Shown: positions 50,171 through 62,945 of the stretch, piece by piece
Layout: each line of letters starts with the position of its first letter
How positions within the stretch are numbered: the first letter of the stretch is position 1
Assembly (NCBI GenBank): GCA_028534125.1
Contig: CM052817.1
Coordinates: forward strand, 41,480,001 to 41,544,000
Direction of reading: 5' to 3'
DNA length: 64,000 nt
Source: Lama glama
Lineage: Eukaryota
The notes under the pieces: generated by a model
Told to the model about the DNA's origin: nothing
Databases searched by the model: none
The model's input: only the letters and a program-made list of their open reading frames with translations
Translations under genes and position numbers: made by a program

Positions 50171-51359
50171 AAATATATGCACACAGGTATATGCATGCGT
50201 ATAAATATATATGTAAGTATATGCACATATTTATACTTTTAAAAAATATTCTTTCTTCTAAGAACAGTTTGCAAACTGTGGTCTCAGTTATTTTTCAACT
50301 AAGGTTGCCAAATATGGGTGATTTCATTGTTCAAGTTAAAAAAAAAAAGGAAAGGGACAAACATCTTAAAAACTTATGTGACAGGCAGTGTGCTAAGTAT
50401 TTCATAAATGTTATCTTGTCTGAACTTTATGCCTCAACTTTATGAAGTTATTGTTTCTACTATTTAATAGATGAGGAAACGTTACCCTGGAGGGAAAATA
50501 CACTAACACGCTTCAAAATTTTATTCAACCAACATTTTTAAAGGAACTTCTGTGTGCATTACATTCATAGCTGAAGGTCAGAAGGGTTAACGTCACTCCC
50601 ATTACTATGACCATTTACTGGGTGAAAAAAGGTTTTAAATCCAGTGTGTTGTGTGGTATATTTTCTAGGTGCAAAACTAGTTAAAATGAAAAAGCTTGCC
50701 TTTCATGTGCTAACTTAAATCAGATGTAACAGTTGTGGTAAAAAATATTCTCAATCATACACAGTACCAGGGTGTCAGTCAAAAAAAAAAAAAAGAAAAG
50801 ATGCATATTATAGACAAATAATGTTGTAATCGTTTTAGAAAGTGGAGTGTTTTAAACTTAGCTTTTTTTCTCTCTTCATGCTAAGTGCAGTTTCAGCTTC
50901 CTTTTTCGTTTGTATTGGAATGAAGCAGAACTGGGATCGCAGTTGTTGCATTCAGCTGCTCTAGTAATCGACCTCACTTCCTAGATACATCACGTCTTCC
51001 TTTCGCAGGAGTCTACAGCACCTCGCTTCCATGGAATAGACCCAATCCACTGACCCCAATGCTGTCCAGAGCAACAAGTGCAAAACACAGTTCCTCAACT
51101 TTCCTCCCCTAAATCCTGCTTCTTTTCCCACTTCTCCAGGGAGAGGGTCAACAAGCTGTCAGACTTGGCCTCTGTGGTTATCCAGGCCAACTAGCCTATA
51201 TAAAGATACAACTATAAATTCAGTACTTTGGACTTAATCTTCTATTCAGGACTCTGGTATTCCCGCTCCATTCTTCACGACTGCTCTATAGCAAATCAAA
51301 CCTTCACCACTTTTCTAAATTCCTTTGGCCCACTCCTCCTTACAAATGGCTCCACCTCC

Positions 51360-51625
51360 TGCTTTATTTTTATTTATTTATTTTTAAAGATTTTAATTGA
51401 CGTGTAGTTGATTTATAATGTTAGCTTCAGGAGTACAGCAAAGTGATTCAGTTATACAGATACGTACAAACAAATAGATTTTTTCTTTTCAGATTCTTTT
51501 CCATTATAGGTTATTACAAGAAATTGAATATAGTTCCCTGCACTATATGGTAGATCCTTGTCATTTATCTATTTCATATATAGTAATGCGTGTTTGTTAA
51601 TCTCCAACCTCTAATTTATCCCTGT
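51360..51625 (-). mobile_element. Younger lineage-specific L1 3' end
   Basis: TAGTTGATTTATAATGTTAG...TTCCATTATAGGTTATTACAAGAAATTGAATATAGTTCCCTG. Confidence 0.8.
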
Positions 51626-51740
51626 GACTCCAAGCTCTTGCCCCTAGACCAGACCTTACCACTGAGCTCCAGGCCACTCTGATCATACCCACCTAAATTT
51701 TCTAGTTACTACAAACTCAGTTCAAAACTTAACTCCTCAA

Positions 51741-51840
51741 GGATGGGGGTATTAGAGCTCAATGGTAGAGGCATGCTTAGCCTGCAGGAGGTCCTGGGTT
51801 CAATCCCCAGTCCCTCCACTAACAAAAAACAAACAAAAGA
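51741..51840 (+). mobile_element. tRNA-derived SINE (Vic-1-like)
   Basis: AGAGCTCAATGGTAGAGGCATGCTTAGCCTGCAGGAGGTCCTGGGTTCAATCCCCAG plus A-rich tail. Confidence 0.85.
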
Positions 51841-51849
51841 ACTGAACCC

Positions 51850-51876
51850 CCTCTCACCTCTCACCTCTCACCTCTG
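51850..51876. repeat. (CCTCTCA)n short tandem repeat
   Basis: Direct reading, 3-4 units just after a SINE. Confidence 0.85.
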
Positions 51877-52039
51877 CATGGGCTGACACCATCTCTTGCT
51901 GGGATTATTTCAACTCTTGGGGATTGTTCTCCTCACTTCTAACCTAGCTCTCTTGTCAGTTACCATTTGTACTTCTGTTAGAGTGTTTTTTTCCAAAATA
52001 TAAATTTAATGGCAGAAAATTTGTCTATATTTATTTTGC

Positions 52040-53270
52040 TTAAATGCACTTCATCCAAATTAAAGTTGTTGTATGTTATATTAAATTTTGGATAAAAGAT
52101 CTTTAGATTTACCAGAGATATACTTATTGTGTTCAAAAGTAGGTTGGAAAAAACAACCCAGCGTGCAATACAATAAAACTAGAGCCAATAAGAGGATAAC
52201 CCCCAGATAACTACTCAGTAGGACATTACTTTTTTTTTCTCCAAAATGACTTAGCTTTAATGATGACTTTAAAATATAAAATTTCAAGGCAGAAATTAAT
52301 AAGAACATGAGCAATACATTTCAAAAACCTGTGGGATACCGTAAAACAGTACTCAAGGAAAACGGTTATTCTTAAGTGAACTTTGTAAAACACTGTAAAA
52401 ATTGAAAATAAGTAAACACCACAAAAGGCTAGAAAAATAAATAAATAAATAAATCCAAGGAAAGGAGAAGAAAATATTTTGTTGATTGAAGCATCATTTA
52501 ATGAAAAAAAAAAACTTAGATCTTTATAACAGACAAAAGCTGATTTTTTTAAAAGGTAATTATAATAGGAAAAATAGGTAAGATCAACACATAGAGATAG
52601 AGAAAACATAAATAAATAATGCTAGGGATAAGAGAAAGAGTAACTACAGATGTGGATTAATTTAAATGAGAAAATAATTACAAATGTAGACAAGAAGGAT
52701 AATTTTCAAGAGCTTGTAAGTCACTAAGAATCAACTCATGTGGAGATGGAATGTCTGAATTGATCAAAATGAAATGGTGACTCCTACTCCCACGAGGCAA
52801 CCAGCCCAGATAATCTACTCGGGTTCAGACCATTCCTTTGATACTTCCAAATTCATTTTCTTAGTTAGTAAAACCACGATATCCAACTCTAGTAATATAA
52901 TGAAAAAAAAAAGGGACACCAATCTTATTTATAAAAATAGATGCAAAATCTTAAATAAGATATTAGCAAATCAAATCCAAAACTATGTCACAAGATTCAT
53001 TCACTGCAACCAGGTAAAGTTTAACTCTTAACAACTTGAAAATGTATTAATGGAATGTGTAAGATAAATGGATTAATGGAAATGTATATAATCATATTGA
53101 TAGATCATTTTAAAAAGATACAATTCAGGATCCAGTTTAGAAAAACCTCTTTGTAAAAGAAGCTATATATATATATTTTTTTTTTAAATGAACCTGACAA
53201 AGCATTTCTAAAGTTGATCTGGAATAGTCTACACGAAATAATAGTCAAAAACTTTAAAACAAGAACATTA
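52040..53270 (+). mobile_element. Old L1 ORF2 fragments
   Basis: ORF 52774..53031 ends KILNKILANQIQNYVTRFIHCNQV, an L1 RT-like motif. Confidence 0.7.
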
Positions 53271-53349
53271 TTACTATCTTATACTTGTGAATAAATTTAC
53301 AACTTCCAAGTCATCTTCATCTGAATTACTACATCTGATTTGAGATGCA

Positions 53350-54066
53350 GATAGCATAGCATCCGGACCGCTGCCCCTGCTTCAAGGCACCACTACCTTT
53401 TCCCTAGATTATTGAGACAGTTGTCTTGCTGGCCTCACAGCTTCTACTTCTGCCCTCATTCCACCTGTTCCCAGTATAGCAGTCCAAGTGATCTGGTCAA
53501 ATATAAGCCAGACAGTATCACTTCTCTCTCCAAAACCCTATGATGACTTCTCATGTCATTCAGAGGAAGAGTCATAATTACTCACTCCCTGTAGTGGAAT
53601 TCACTCCACTTATCTCTGTTCTCTCCCTGACTTCCTGTCTCACTGTTTTCTCTCGCTCACTCCACTCCACCATATCAGCCTCTTTGCTCTTCTCAAGCAT
53701 GGCAGTTACACTCCCGCCTTGTGGACTTTGCACTGGCTCCTCCCTCTCCCAGGAATGCCTTTCCCCCACACAGTTACCTTTAGATTTTGACCTAAAGCTC
53801 ACATTCCAGTGTGTTTTCTCTTGATGCCCCTACTTAGCATTTCCAGTACACTTTATCCCTCTCTCCCTTGTTACTTTATTACACAACATTTACCATTCTC
53901 TAATATAATACACGATTTATGTATTTATCTATGGCTTTTGCTAATTGTCTGTCTTCTTTCAGTGGAATATAAACTTGATGAAGACAGAGGGCTCTGTCCT
54001 GTGTCTAGAAGAGCGCTTGGCATACGTAAGCATTCAACAAAAACATATTGGATGAATGAATGAATG
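53350..54066 (+). mobile_element. L2 LINE 3' part
   Basis: CT-rich body ending ...TTGGATGAATGAATGAAT, the L2 terminal repeat. Confidence 0.7.
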
Positions 54067-56639
54067 AATTATGGATGAGGTGATTGAACCCAGAAGAGTT
54101 AAGTAACTTCACTGTTTTTAGCAAAACTTTATTAGTGCTTCAATCTTCTGATTCCCTAATCCAATATATATTTTCCATATGCTCTTTTACCACTATGATA
54201 TCCATATATTCAATTATATTTGAATTTGTTTGTTGTCCCTTAACTTTAAATACTTCGAAATGAACAGACTCTATTTCCTTACATAAAAACTTCAGAATTT
54301 AAAGCATGGCTTGAATCTGTTGATTTCACAAATATTTCCTTTTTAGTATTTGATGGCTTTTTTTTCTTTTAGAGATCAAAGCTATAACCTAACACAGACC
54401 CTAAAATGCTCAAATTAGTACATTAAATGCTCAAATTAGCACATTAGACAAGGTTATGCACAAATATGCAAAGTTCTATCTTTATGAATGTAATGAGATG
54501 TCCATACATTACCCAGAAATTCCAGCATTTACAGCAAATTCAGGGGCTGTCATCTTTAAAGTTTTGTAGACCATCAACATTATCCAACATTCTGGCTTTC
54601 ATATCAAGCTGCAAGACCCCATCCATCCTCAAACATTTTTGCTGGTGAATTTTAGTGTTTATCAGGGAAGTAGGAGGAGAGCAAACAGAGATTTTAGAAA
54701 ATAGATACGTTTTCTACCTCAACTGGATACATTAAAAGAAAACCTACAGGGGTAGGTGATAATATATATATACAGTTTTGAAGTATCAAAGATATACCAG
54801 GGAGGTTTTGTTTTAACCTGAAAGCTTCCTCTAAGTCACATTTATGGTGCTCTAGTACTATCTGGTTAAATGGTTGATTATTTTCCCAAGACTCTTAAAT
54901 GTCTCAATCATTCTTAAGCTACGTAATGCAAAGGCTGATGCAAGGGGCTCTGTCATATTTGTTACAAACTTGAGCCTTTTAGAGGGGGCCAGTATTAAAC
55001 ATATTAGTATCAACCTATAAGGTGATATTTTCTTTATTTCGAAATGAAGATTAAGTAACTTGACTGATGGGAAACCTCCTGGGGAAATTGGGGCAATCTG
55101 TTTTTGTCCAAGTGAAGCAGAATGACCTTGAATTTTAAAAAGCAGGAGTGCTCAGGATTAGAACTGCCATTCTGGGTTCTGTTTGCCTTACTTTCAGCCA
55201 CATCCCATTTGTGTTTATATTTGATAGGTCAGCAGGGTGCAGGCAACTGTTAAAACCTGTGCAAGTTTGAAAGTATTCTAGCATACCAAAGGATTGCAAA
55301 ATTTGTCACGTCCTCTGTGAAAACTGACTGAACAATAATGTGATGCAAGGCAATCCTGAATATTGTTTCCTGAAAGAGTTTTAATTGAACATGTAGTCAG
55401 GAGGAATTCCACTCTAGATCCATTCAGCAATAATCCTTTAGAATAAATTAGGTGGAACTCTTTCTTGATGTTTTGTCTTATTTCAGTGCAGCCATATTCT
55501 CTCACCAGGTAAATCTAATAGCTCAGAAAGCTTTGGGGGCAGAAATATCTGATTGAGGATGGATATCTGACTGAGGGAGCCACAGAATACTCTTTCTCTT
55601 TAAAAGCAACAAAAATAAAGGTGAGAACTGGCGAGGGAGAGGACATGGGAGTCTATGGGCATCTAAATGCAACCTTGAATTGTGCTGAAGAGCGTCACAA
55701 AGGCTAATTCATTCACAAGGAAGAGAAAAACAAAACCCTTTGATCTCCAGGCTTATCTAGAAGTGTCCCCTCTGGAAGCAAGTGCCGTCTAAGAGCCTTC
55801 TGCAGGGCGGTGGGTCACATTCTGGTTAACCAGGGAAGCTGGGATGAACTTTACATGCAATGTTGTCTCTTCAGACTAATAACTGGACTCCATCTAGTGG
55901 TCATAATCACAAACCGGGATCTAGCTGCTTCCAGAAAGAGACTCTACACCAAAGCAAATAGACCTGTACCATTCCTGAGATATGACTTGCTCCTGATGTC
56001 AGAGGGCCCGAAGTAACCAAATAAAACAGCATCAACAAAACACAGCGCCTTAGTCCTCCGGAGCCGGCCTTCTGAGAGCCTCCTTTTGAAGGTGGGAGCC
56101 CTGTAGGTGGTGTAGTGTTTTGCTCTCTCTGATGGCTTGTGTGATGCATTTGATTACGTGAAACAAGGGAGGGTGGTGGACAGAGTACTGGGTCAAGTGT
56201 CAGGAACACTGTCTCTGCTATGTGACCTTGGGCAGGTCTGGGACTTACCCTCATAGGACACATTCTTCTTGTCTAAGATGAGAGGGTGAGATGCAAAGTT
56301 TTCCTCCACTCATCTGTTTCATGCCTGCCAGGGCCTCTGCTGAATGCTTTGGAGGATTTAAAAGTTCAGGAAAGAGATAAAAGTTTACTGTGGATATCTA
56401 GAATACATTATAGAAGTTGCCAAATTCCATACTAGGAGTCCACAGGGAGTTCCACATAGAAGTCTGAGGGTTAGATAATTACTCATGGGTGTAGAAATGA
56501 GAAATGATGTAGAATGTTAAGCTGTATCTGTGTCTGTCTGTCCAGGGCTGTACCCTTGTCCGTATCTAGTCTCCGTGTGTGTATACATATATAAACATAT
56601 ACGCACATACCATACCGAATATAAATGCACCGTTAATTT

Positions 56640-57590
56640 AAAAAATTCGCAACCAACAAGACAGATGACCCCCTGGGGAAAATATGCGGAACATGAACAA
56701 CTGGTAAAAAAATTTATATCATTAATGTGTGAAGAATTCTTACTAACGCATAATAAAAAAACCCCAAACTCCTTAGAGACAAAATGAGCAAAGGGCACAA
56801 ACAGGCCACTCTCAGAAAAGAACTGCAGATATTCAAATACCTGTTAAGCGTATACTTAAGCTTACCAGCGAATAAACATTTAATCAACTTTTAAGTAATT
56901 CCATTTGCTTTAATTACTATTTAACTACGCAGTTAACTCAAGTTAGTTGTTAGTAATGGTACATTTTAAAATTCCTGTTAGAGCAGCAAGGTTTAAAAGA
57001 GTGGATGATCATTAGCACTGAATGGGCGGTGGAGAAAACGGGCATTCTTACAGTGACAGTGATGATGAGAGTGTGTATCGCTCATCTCTCTGGATAAAGC
57101 CTGACAATGTGAATCAAGAGAGAAAAGGGTCCATTTTTAGTACATTTAAAAGAAACCACTGGATGGACAACTACAAAGAGATGTATTTGTAATTATCTTT
57201 GTTGTAGCATTTTGTATAATAGCAAAAGAAATAGAAAAAAACACCAACAACCAACTCTAACTATTTTGCTGTTCGGGAACGGTTAAATAACTAGGGTAGA
57301 GCCACTGGTCAGACTATTATACTGCAATGAACATTTTCATAGATCTACATTTATAACACAAATACTTAAAATATGTTAAGGAGAAATACCTTACAAAAGA
57401 AGCTATACAGCAAGCCACACTTTTATTAAAATTGCACATTCTGTATGCACATGAGTTAGCATGGAAAATACCTAGAAAGATGTAAATTAACACACTACTA
57501 GTAGTTGTCTGTCAGTGGTAAAATTACAGACTATTTTCACTTTCTTTTTGTACTTTTCTCTGTTGTCTCAATTTCCCACAATTATGATAA
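56640..57590 (+). mobile_element. Old L1 (L1ME-like) 3' region
   Basis: AAAATGAGCAAAGGGCACAAACAGGC and a degraded L1 3' UTR. Confidence 0.55.
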
Positions 57591-60500
57591 ATTTCTTTTA
57601 TTATCAGATAAGCCAATTACGCAACTTTTATTAAAGATGGGAATAAAGCCTGAGCAACTGGGGCAAATTTCCACAAAACTCTCTAACTACACATTCCACA
57701 GTGTTTCCTAATCTGAGCATATAATTTCCTGCTTCAGTTTATTGCACTACAGAGGTAAATAAAGGAACTAACAAAAGAAATGTATCTTTCACAGATCATA
57801 AAAGTTCCATTTCACTGGTAAAAAAAAAAAAATTCTCTCTTCTCGTATCCCTTAGGCACTATATGAAGGCTCCATATGGAAGGAGGTAGAAAGGAAACTT
57901 GCAAAGACACAAAGACTGTCTCTGAAGGACGCAGGCCAACAAAGAGTCTGCGCGGTCAGGACACGTCCCTTCTGCCTGCTGGCGTCTCCGCACATGGCCA
58001 GGCGTGTGCTGCGGTCAGAATCAGGGTGGCAGAGCTGAAGAAGTGGTCAGTGAGCACTGCGGGTAAACAAGGGGAGGGTGAGGGTGGCTGAGAACACAGG
58101 CCTTTCATAGGGGAGACCACAGTGGTGACCATCCTGTCCCTACGCTTATGGGCCAGGTCCTGATGGTCTCCCACTTGTACAAGTAGTACGTTATCCTCAG
58201 CTTCTCTGAGGAGAATCTTCTTCTTTAGTCCTTAATATTGTTGTCAAACAACCCATCTGCTGCTAAAAGGAGACCGACACACTTGTGTTTGAATCCCCCC
58301 CTCACCATTTACTATTTCTGTGATGCTTCGGCAAGTGACCAAACTATCTAAAATTTCAGTCTCCTCACCTGAAGAGCAGGGATAGTACCATTGCATCTAA
58401 TTCTTGTGGAGGGCGAGGTGGCAACAGCACCTAGCATCACACTTGCACATAGTCAGTGTTCCAGAAATGAAAATTAAGCCATTACCTGTACATGAAAGCG
58501 AAGCAACTATTAACCTCCGTTAGACATGAATTAGGTGACCATGTAATTTATCAAACAAATGAGATCGCTTTTCAGAGTAAAAGGGGGTGATTTAATTAAG
58601 CCAACACAAGATGTAATTTGGGAACTGACCTGGGCAAATTAAGATATATGGTCATTCTGGTTATAAGGTTCTTAATTTGATTTCCTCGAACTGTGCAGTG
58701 TTCACAGTGGTCGGTGTTTTATTATCATCACTTAATCTAGATGGCTTCCTTGTGGGACGAGGTGAGGAGCTGGGCGAATCCAGTGATGTCCTGAGCACAC
58801 ATCCGTGTTGCATTCCTGTCACCTGCTTGCATATCAATATCCCCACAGTGTGTTACGTGACTTTACATCCCTGGTGCCTAGCATATTGTACATACTCAAT
58901 GAATGTTTACTGAATTTATGACCAGATGCCCTGGAACAATTAGTCTCGGACGCCAGGAAATGGCTCCTGCATTTTCTGGGTGGTTCCTGGCAGTATGCCC
59001 AGCTTTCTGGCAGTTGGATAATTGCACAGTGATGGGCAGCCTGAGGCAGCAAAAATCATCGCTCTTGCCCATTGGGTCACAAATAGGGCTTGCTGACTGT
59101 TGCTCGCCATACGATGTACTGGGAATTTTTGATGTGGTGGGGCACCCCTGGTCCTCTTGGTACCCTGGCGTGTCCTCCGGCTTTCCCTGCCAAATCACCT
59201 GTCCAGGAGACTGTGCGCAAGCACTTGGAGAGCAAGCACCAAGACCATCTTGCTGAAGCTTGTACCTGCAGTTTTTACAGAATGCCTGGCACAAAGCTCA
59301 ATAAATATTTGTGGAATGAATAAATAAAAATAGTAATAATGAAATAATTATGAAATAAAGAATCAAAAAATAAAAGGTGGGAAGAATATTGTAATTTGCC
59401 ATATAAATTTAGAAAATTCACTTATCACCTTTTTGAGTCTCATTTTCAATACGTATAGAATTGGAATAATAATACCTCACAGAGTGGCATCGTGTCCACC
59501 TGCTGTCATAAACTGTAAGCAATACTGATGGAGTTAGTCCATCAGTCATAATGGCTATGCTGTTAGCTTTGGACTCGGATTTGAATCACAGTTAAAAATG
59601 GAGTCTATCTACCTTTCATTGATTGTTAGATCTTGAACATTTACTTAGCTTCTCCAAGTCTCAGCTTCTGCCATTGTAATGATTAAGCTAGATGTTGTGA
59701 AAAGAAATGAGTATTGTCTACTGCTTAATAAATGAAAAATGTTATCAACATTATTATTCATATTGAAGACCTTAGATTTTCATGGCTTTTGTTTCTCTGA
59801 TCTACATAACACCTGTAAAATAAAAGCATATCATTAACCTTCTTATTCACAATTAGAAAGTCATGAAGATTTATTAGGTTTGGGTTATTGGGAATTAAGA
59901 ATGAATTGATAGATAAAATGCATGGGAACCAATAATAACTAAAAGTTGTATAGTACTTTATGGTGCACAAAATATTTCCCCAACAACAAGATTCACAACG
60001 CCGTAATAAACTATGGGCTGTTGGTAGGTTTGTATGCGTTACTGTGGACTGCATTTATTCCTCACCATATTATTTGGGAGTTCCCGTGAACACTAAAAGC
60101 CATGTGTAACTCATTTACCTGGGTGATTTAAGAGGAGTTTGATAGCTTCCAAAAGTTTCCACTCTCTCTTTTTCAGCCAGAATATCAGAATGCAGGTGCA
60201 TCAGAGAGACGGGAGGGAGTTTCATGTAGATTTGTTGGGTGGGGGAGAGTATTTGGAAAAAGACCTTTTGTAACTGTATATGTATGTGTGCATGAGCACA
60301 TAGGTATCTCTGTCTGCATACCATGGGTGAGGAAGAGTAACGGGATGGGGAGCGCTCTTCCCACATTCAGGGAAAGAAAGCCTGTGATAAAAATAATCTT
60401 AGTAATTCGCGGGACTCTCCACTTTCCATCCTTTAGAGAACTCTCGATTAAGTCTACTTAATTTTCTAAGTAAATAAGTCTACTTATTTACGGATATCTC

Positions 60501-61899
60501 AGTCAGAATTTATGAACACTTCTCAGTCTTAACACTTTATATCCACATGTCCTTATATCATCATCTGGACTTCTTATCATTGCTCACAGTTTCCATTTAA
60601 AAAATCTTCAGTTATTAACTTTTTCTCCAAGTTGATCTGAAAGCAAGAATGAAAACTTGCTTATTTTAATTTATCCATTCATCTCTGTAGATGGGATACT
60701 GAGGAAAAAATCCTAAAGCTATCTATGCATTTTAAAAACATAACTAAGATGTATTTCACACACATGATCACCTTCTCAGTCCAGAAACGTGAATACTTCC
60801 CGTCAGTTGACGCAGACTTGTGTATCCTTTTTAAAAACTGGAAAGTTGAAAGCAATTTTTGAAAAGGGTTTTAGAGAGACATTAAGTCCTTCAGAAAACG
60901 GAAAGCAAGTGTACTCTGCATTATAGAGACTGAAGCGTTCCCTTCGGCTTCTCTGGGCAAAGACCCAACATCACACGGAGAAGCAACTGGTGAGTCTGAA
61001 ACTGACTGCTTTGTCTAGTTTTTACCCACAACTTTCAATTTTAGCCTTGAAAATGGCTACCTTTCTGACATGATTATTTTTAAATGTTTATAACTTATTT
61101 ATTCTGATAGCCATCCATCTACCTCAAAGGAAGGAGGACTGATGAGAAATTAGGAGAACCATTTTACCTTTTTATAAGATACAAATATATAATATAATTT
61201 TAACAGAACTGTGATTTTGTTCTATGACATTTTACATGGTTGCAACTAATGCCTTTTGTTTGTCAAATCATTGTAGAAAAATCAATGAACAGAGTTATTA
61301 TCCAAAAGGAATTGAGGTAACGGCTGGTGAAAAACAGGGTAAAATGTTTGGACAGTGTTCAACATATCTATCCACTTATCTATCATCTACACATACTCCA
61401 AATGCTCAGAAAGGGCTGAAGACAGGTTACTTGCAAAAGTCGACCGAATGAATGAGGAATAACTGGGGCAGTTTTAATATTATCATACAAAGTTGTTTTA
61501 GAGTCAAGGGAAAGGCGCTGGGAGCTCTCTGCAGGAAGTAGCGTAGCTCGGGGAAGAGCAGCGCACCTGGCTTGGTGATTAACATCTGCGGTATAAATAG
61601 CAGGTGAGTAAAAACTGGACCCAGTGCCGGAAGAAGTCATCCGAGGCAGATTTTAGGTTAGAGGGCGATTAACATAATCTTAAATAAATATGGGTTATCA
61701 ACTACACTTTGTTATAGCTTTTTCAATTTTAGTCCCCCAGGAGGGCGCTGCATCGTTTTTCGCTTTTCAGAGCCTACATACTGGCCAAGGATCTCTGTCT
61801 CTGCTAGTGCACCTTGTCCAGAGGAGGCACGTAAAACAGACAGCATTTTTCTGAAGAGTTAAAGTGAAATGACTGCCTTTTTATCCTTTAGATCAACAC

Positions 61900-62110
61900 T
61901 CTAAGATCCAAGAGGACTTTCTGTGATGATGAAGATGTTCTATGTCTGTGCTGTTCAATGAAGTAGCCACTAATCACATGTGGCTGTTAGGTGTTTGAAA
62001 TGTGGTTTGTTGGACTGAGGAACTGAATCTTTAATGTTATTCAATTTTAATTAACTTGAAGTGGAATAGCCACATATGGCTAGTGACTGCTGTGTACATG
62101 CAACCTTAGA
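61900..62110. mobile_element. MER3-like hAT-Charlie MITE
   Basis: ACTTTCTGTGATGATGAAGATGTTCTATGTCTGTGCTGTTCAAT...TAGCCACATATGGCTAGTG; similar to the copy at 7066. Confidence 0.75.
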
Positions 62111-62691
62111 TTCAAGCTCCCTATGCCTTTGGTCCACTGAGGGAATCTTTCTAAATGTTTATCAGTTTTATCGGACGCTAGACCTTTAAAATCTGGGCCA
62201 AAACTAAAACTCAAGTTGCCTGTCACTCAAACTACAGAAAAGCCTCTTATCTAGGGCCCCTCCACTTTCAGCCACTACTGTTGATATTGGTGAATGAATA
62301 AATCAGTGCTCAGGGCCTCTTGTCTCTATCACGAGCCATGTAACACTCTTCAAATTCCCAGTGGTTCAAAACAGGCTATTTTGTTTTCTTTTTTTGAGTA
62401 AGAGGCTTTATAATCAAAATAATTATTTTTCACAAATGTCCAGGACTTGACTCTGTCATTTTCCCATAAATTCAATAAACTTAAAAGGAAATCCTTTCAA
62501 TAAGGAAATATTTAATGTATGGATTCAATCATTTCATTTTCCACTTTTTTTGGTATACTAATTCAGATTTGTAGGCTATCATCTGTATAACCATTCTTGG
62601 GGCTTTTGAGATTTCTTACAAATTCAGATTTTATTTCAGAGAGCTGCAAGAGAAAGAAGAATAACAAAGTCAAAGATTCTTTAAGATTTTT

Positions 62692-62901
62692 AAAATATAA
62701 ATAAAATATAACAAACAATAAACTTATACCATATAGCACAGGGAACTATATTCAATATCTTATAGTAACTTATGGTGAAAAAGAATGTGAAAATGAATAT
62801 ATGTATGTTTATGTATGACTGAAGCATTATGCTGTACACCAGAAATTGACACAAGATTGTAAACTGACTATACTTCAATAAAATACATATATATACACAC
62901 A

Positions 62902-62945
<44 letters not shown>
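62692..62945 (+). mobile_element. Camelid-type L1 3' end with (TA)/(CA) microsatellite tail
   Basis: ATAGCACAGGGAACTATATTCAATATCTT...GCTGTACACCAGAAATTGACACAA...TGACTATACTTCAATAAAA. Confidence 0.85.

Noticed and set aside
58896..59294. Overlapping 117-aa and 132-aa ORFs on opposite strands
   Set aside because: GC-richer patch bounded by L2 ends; no recognisable domain or splice structure, and ORF length is compatible with chance.
59524..59546. Hairpin ACTGATGGA-gttag-TCCATCAGT
   Set aside because: A 9-bp stem is too short for a pre-miRNA and is expected by chance at this window size.
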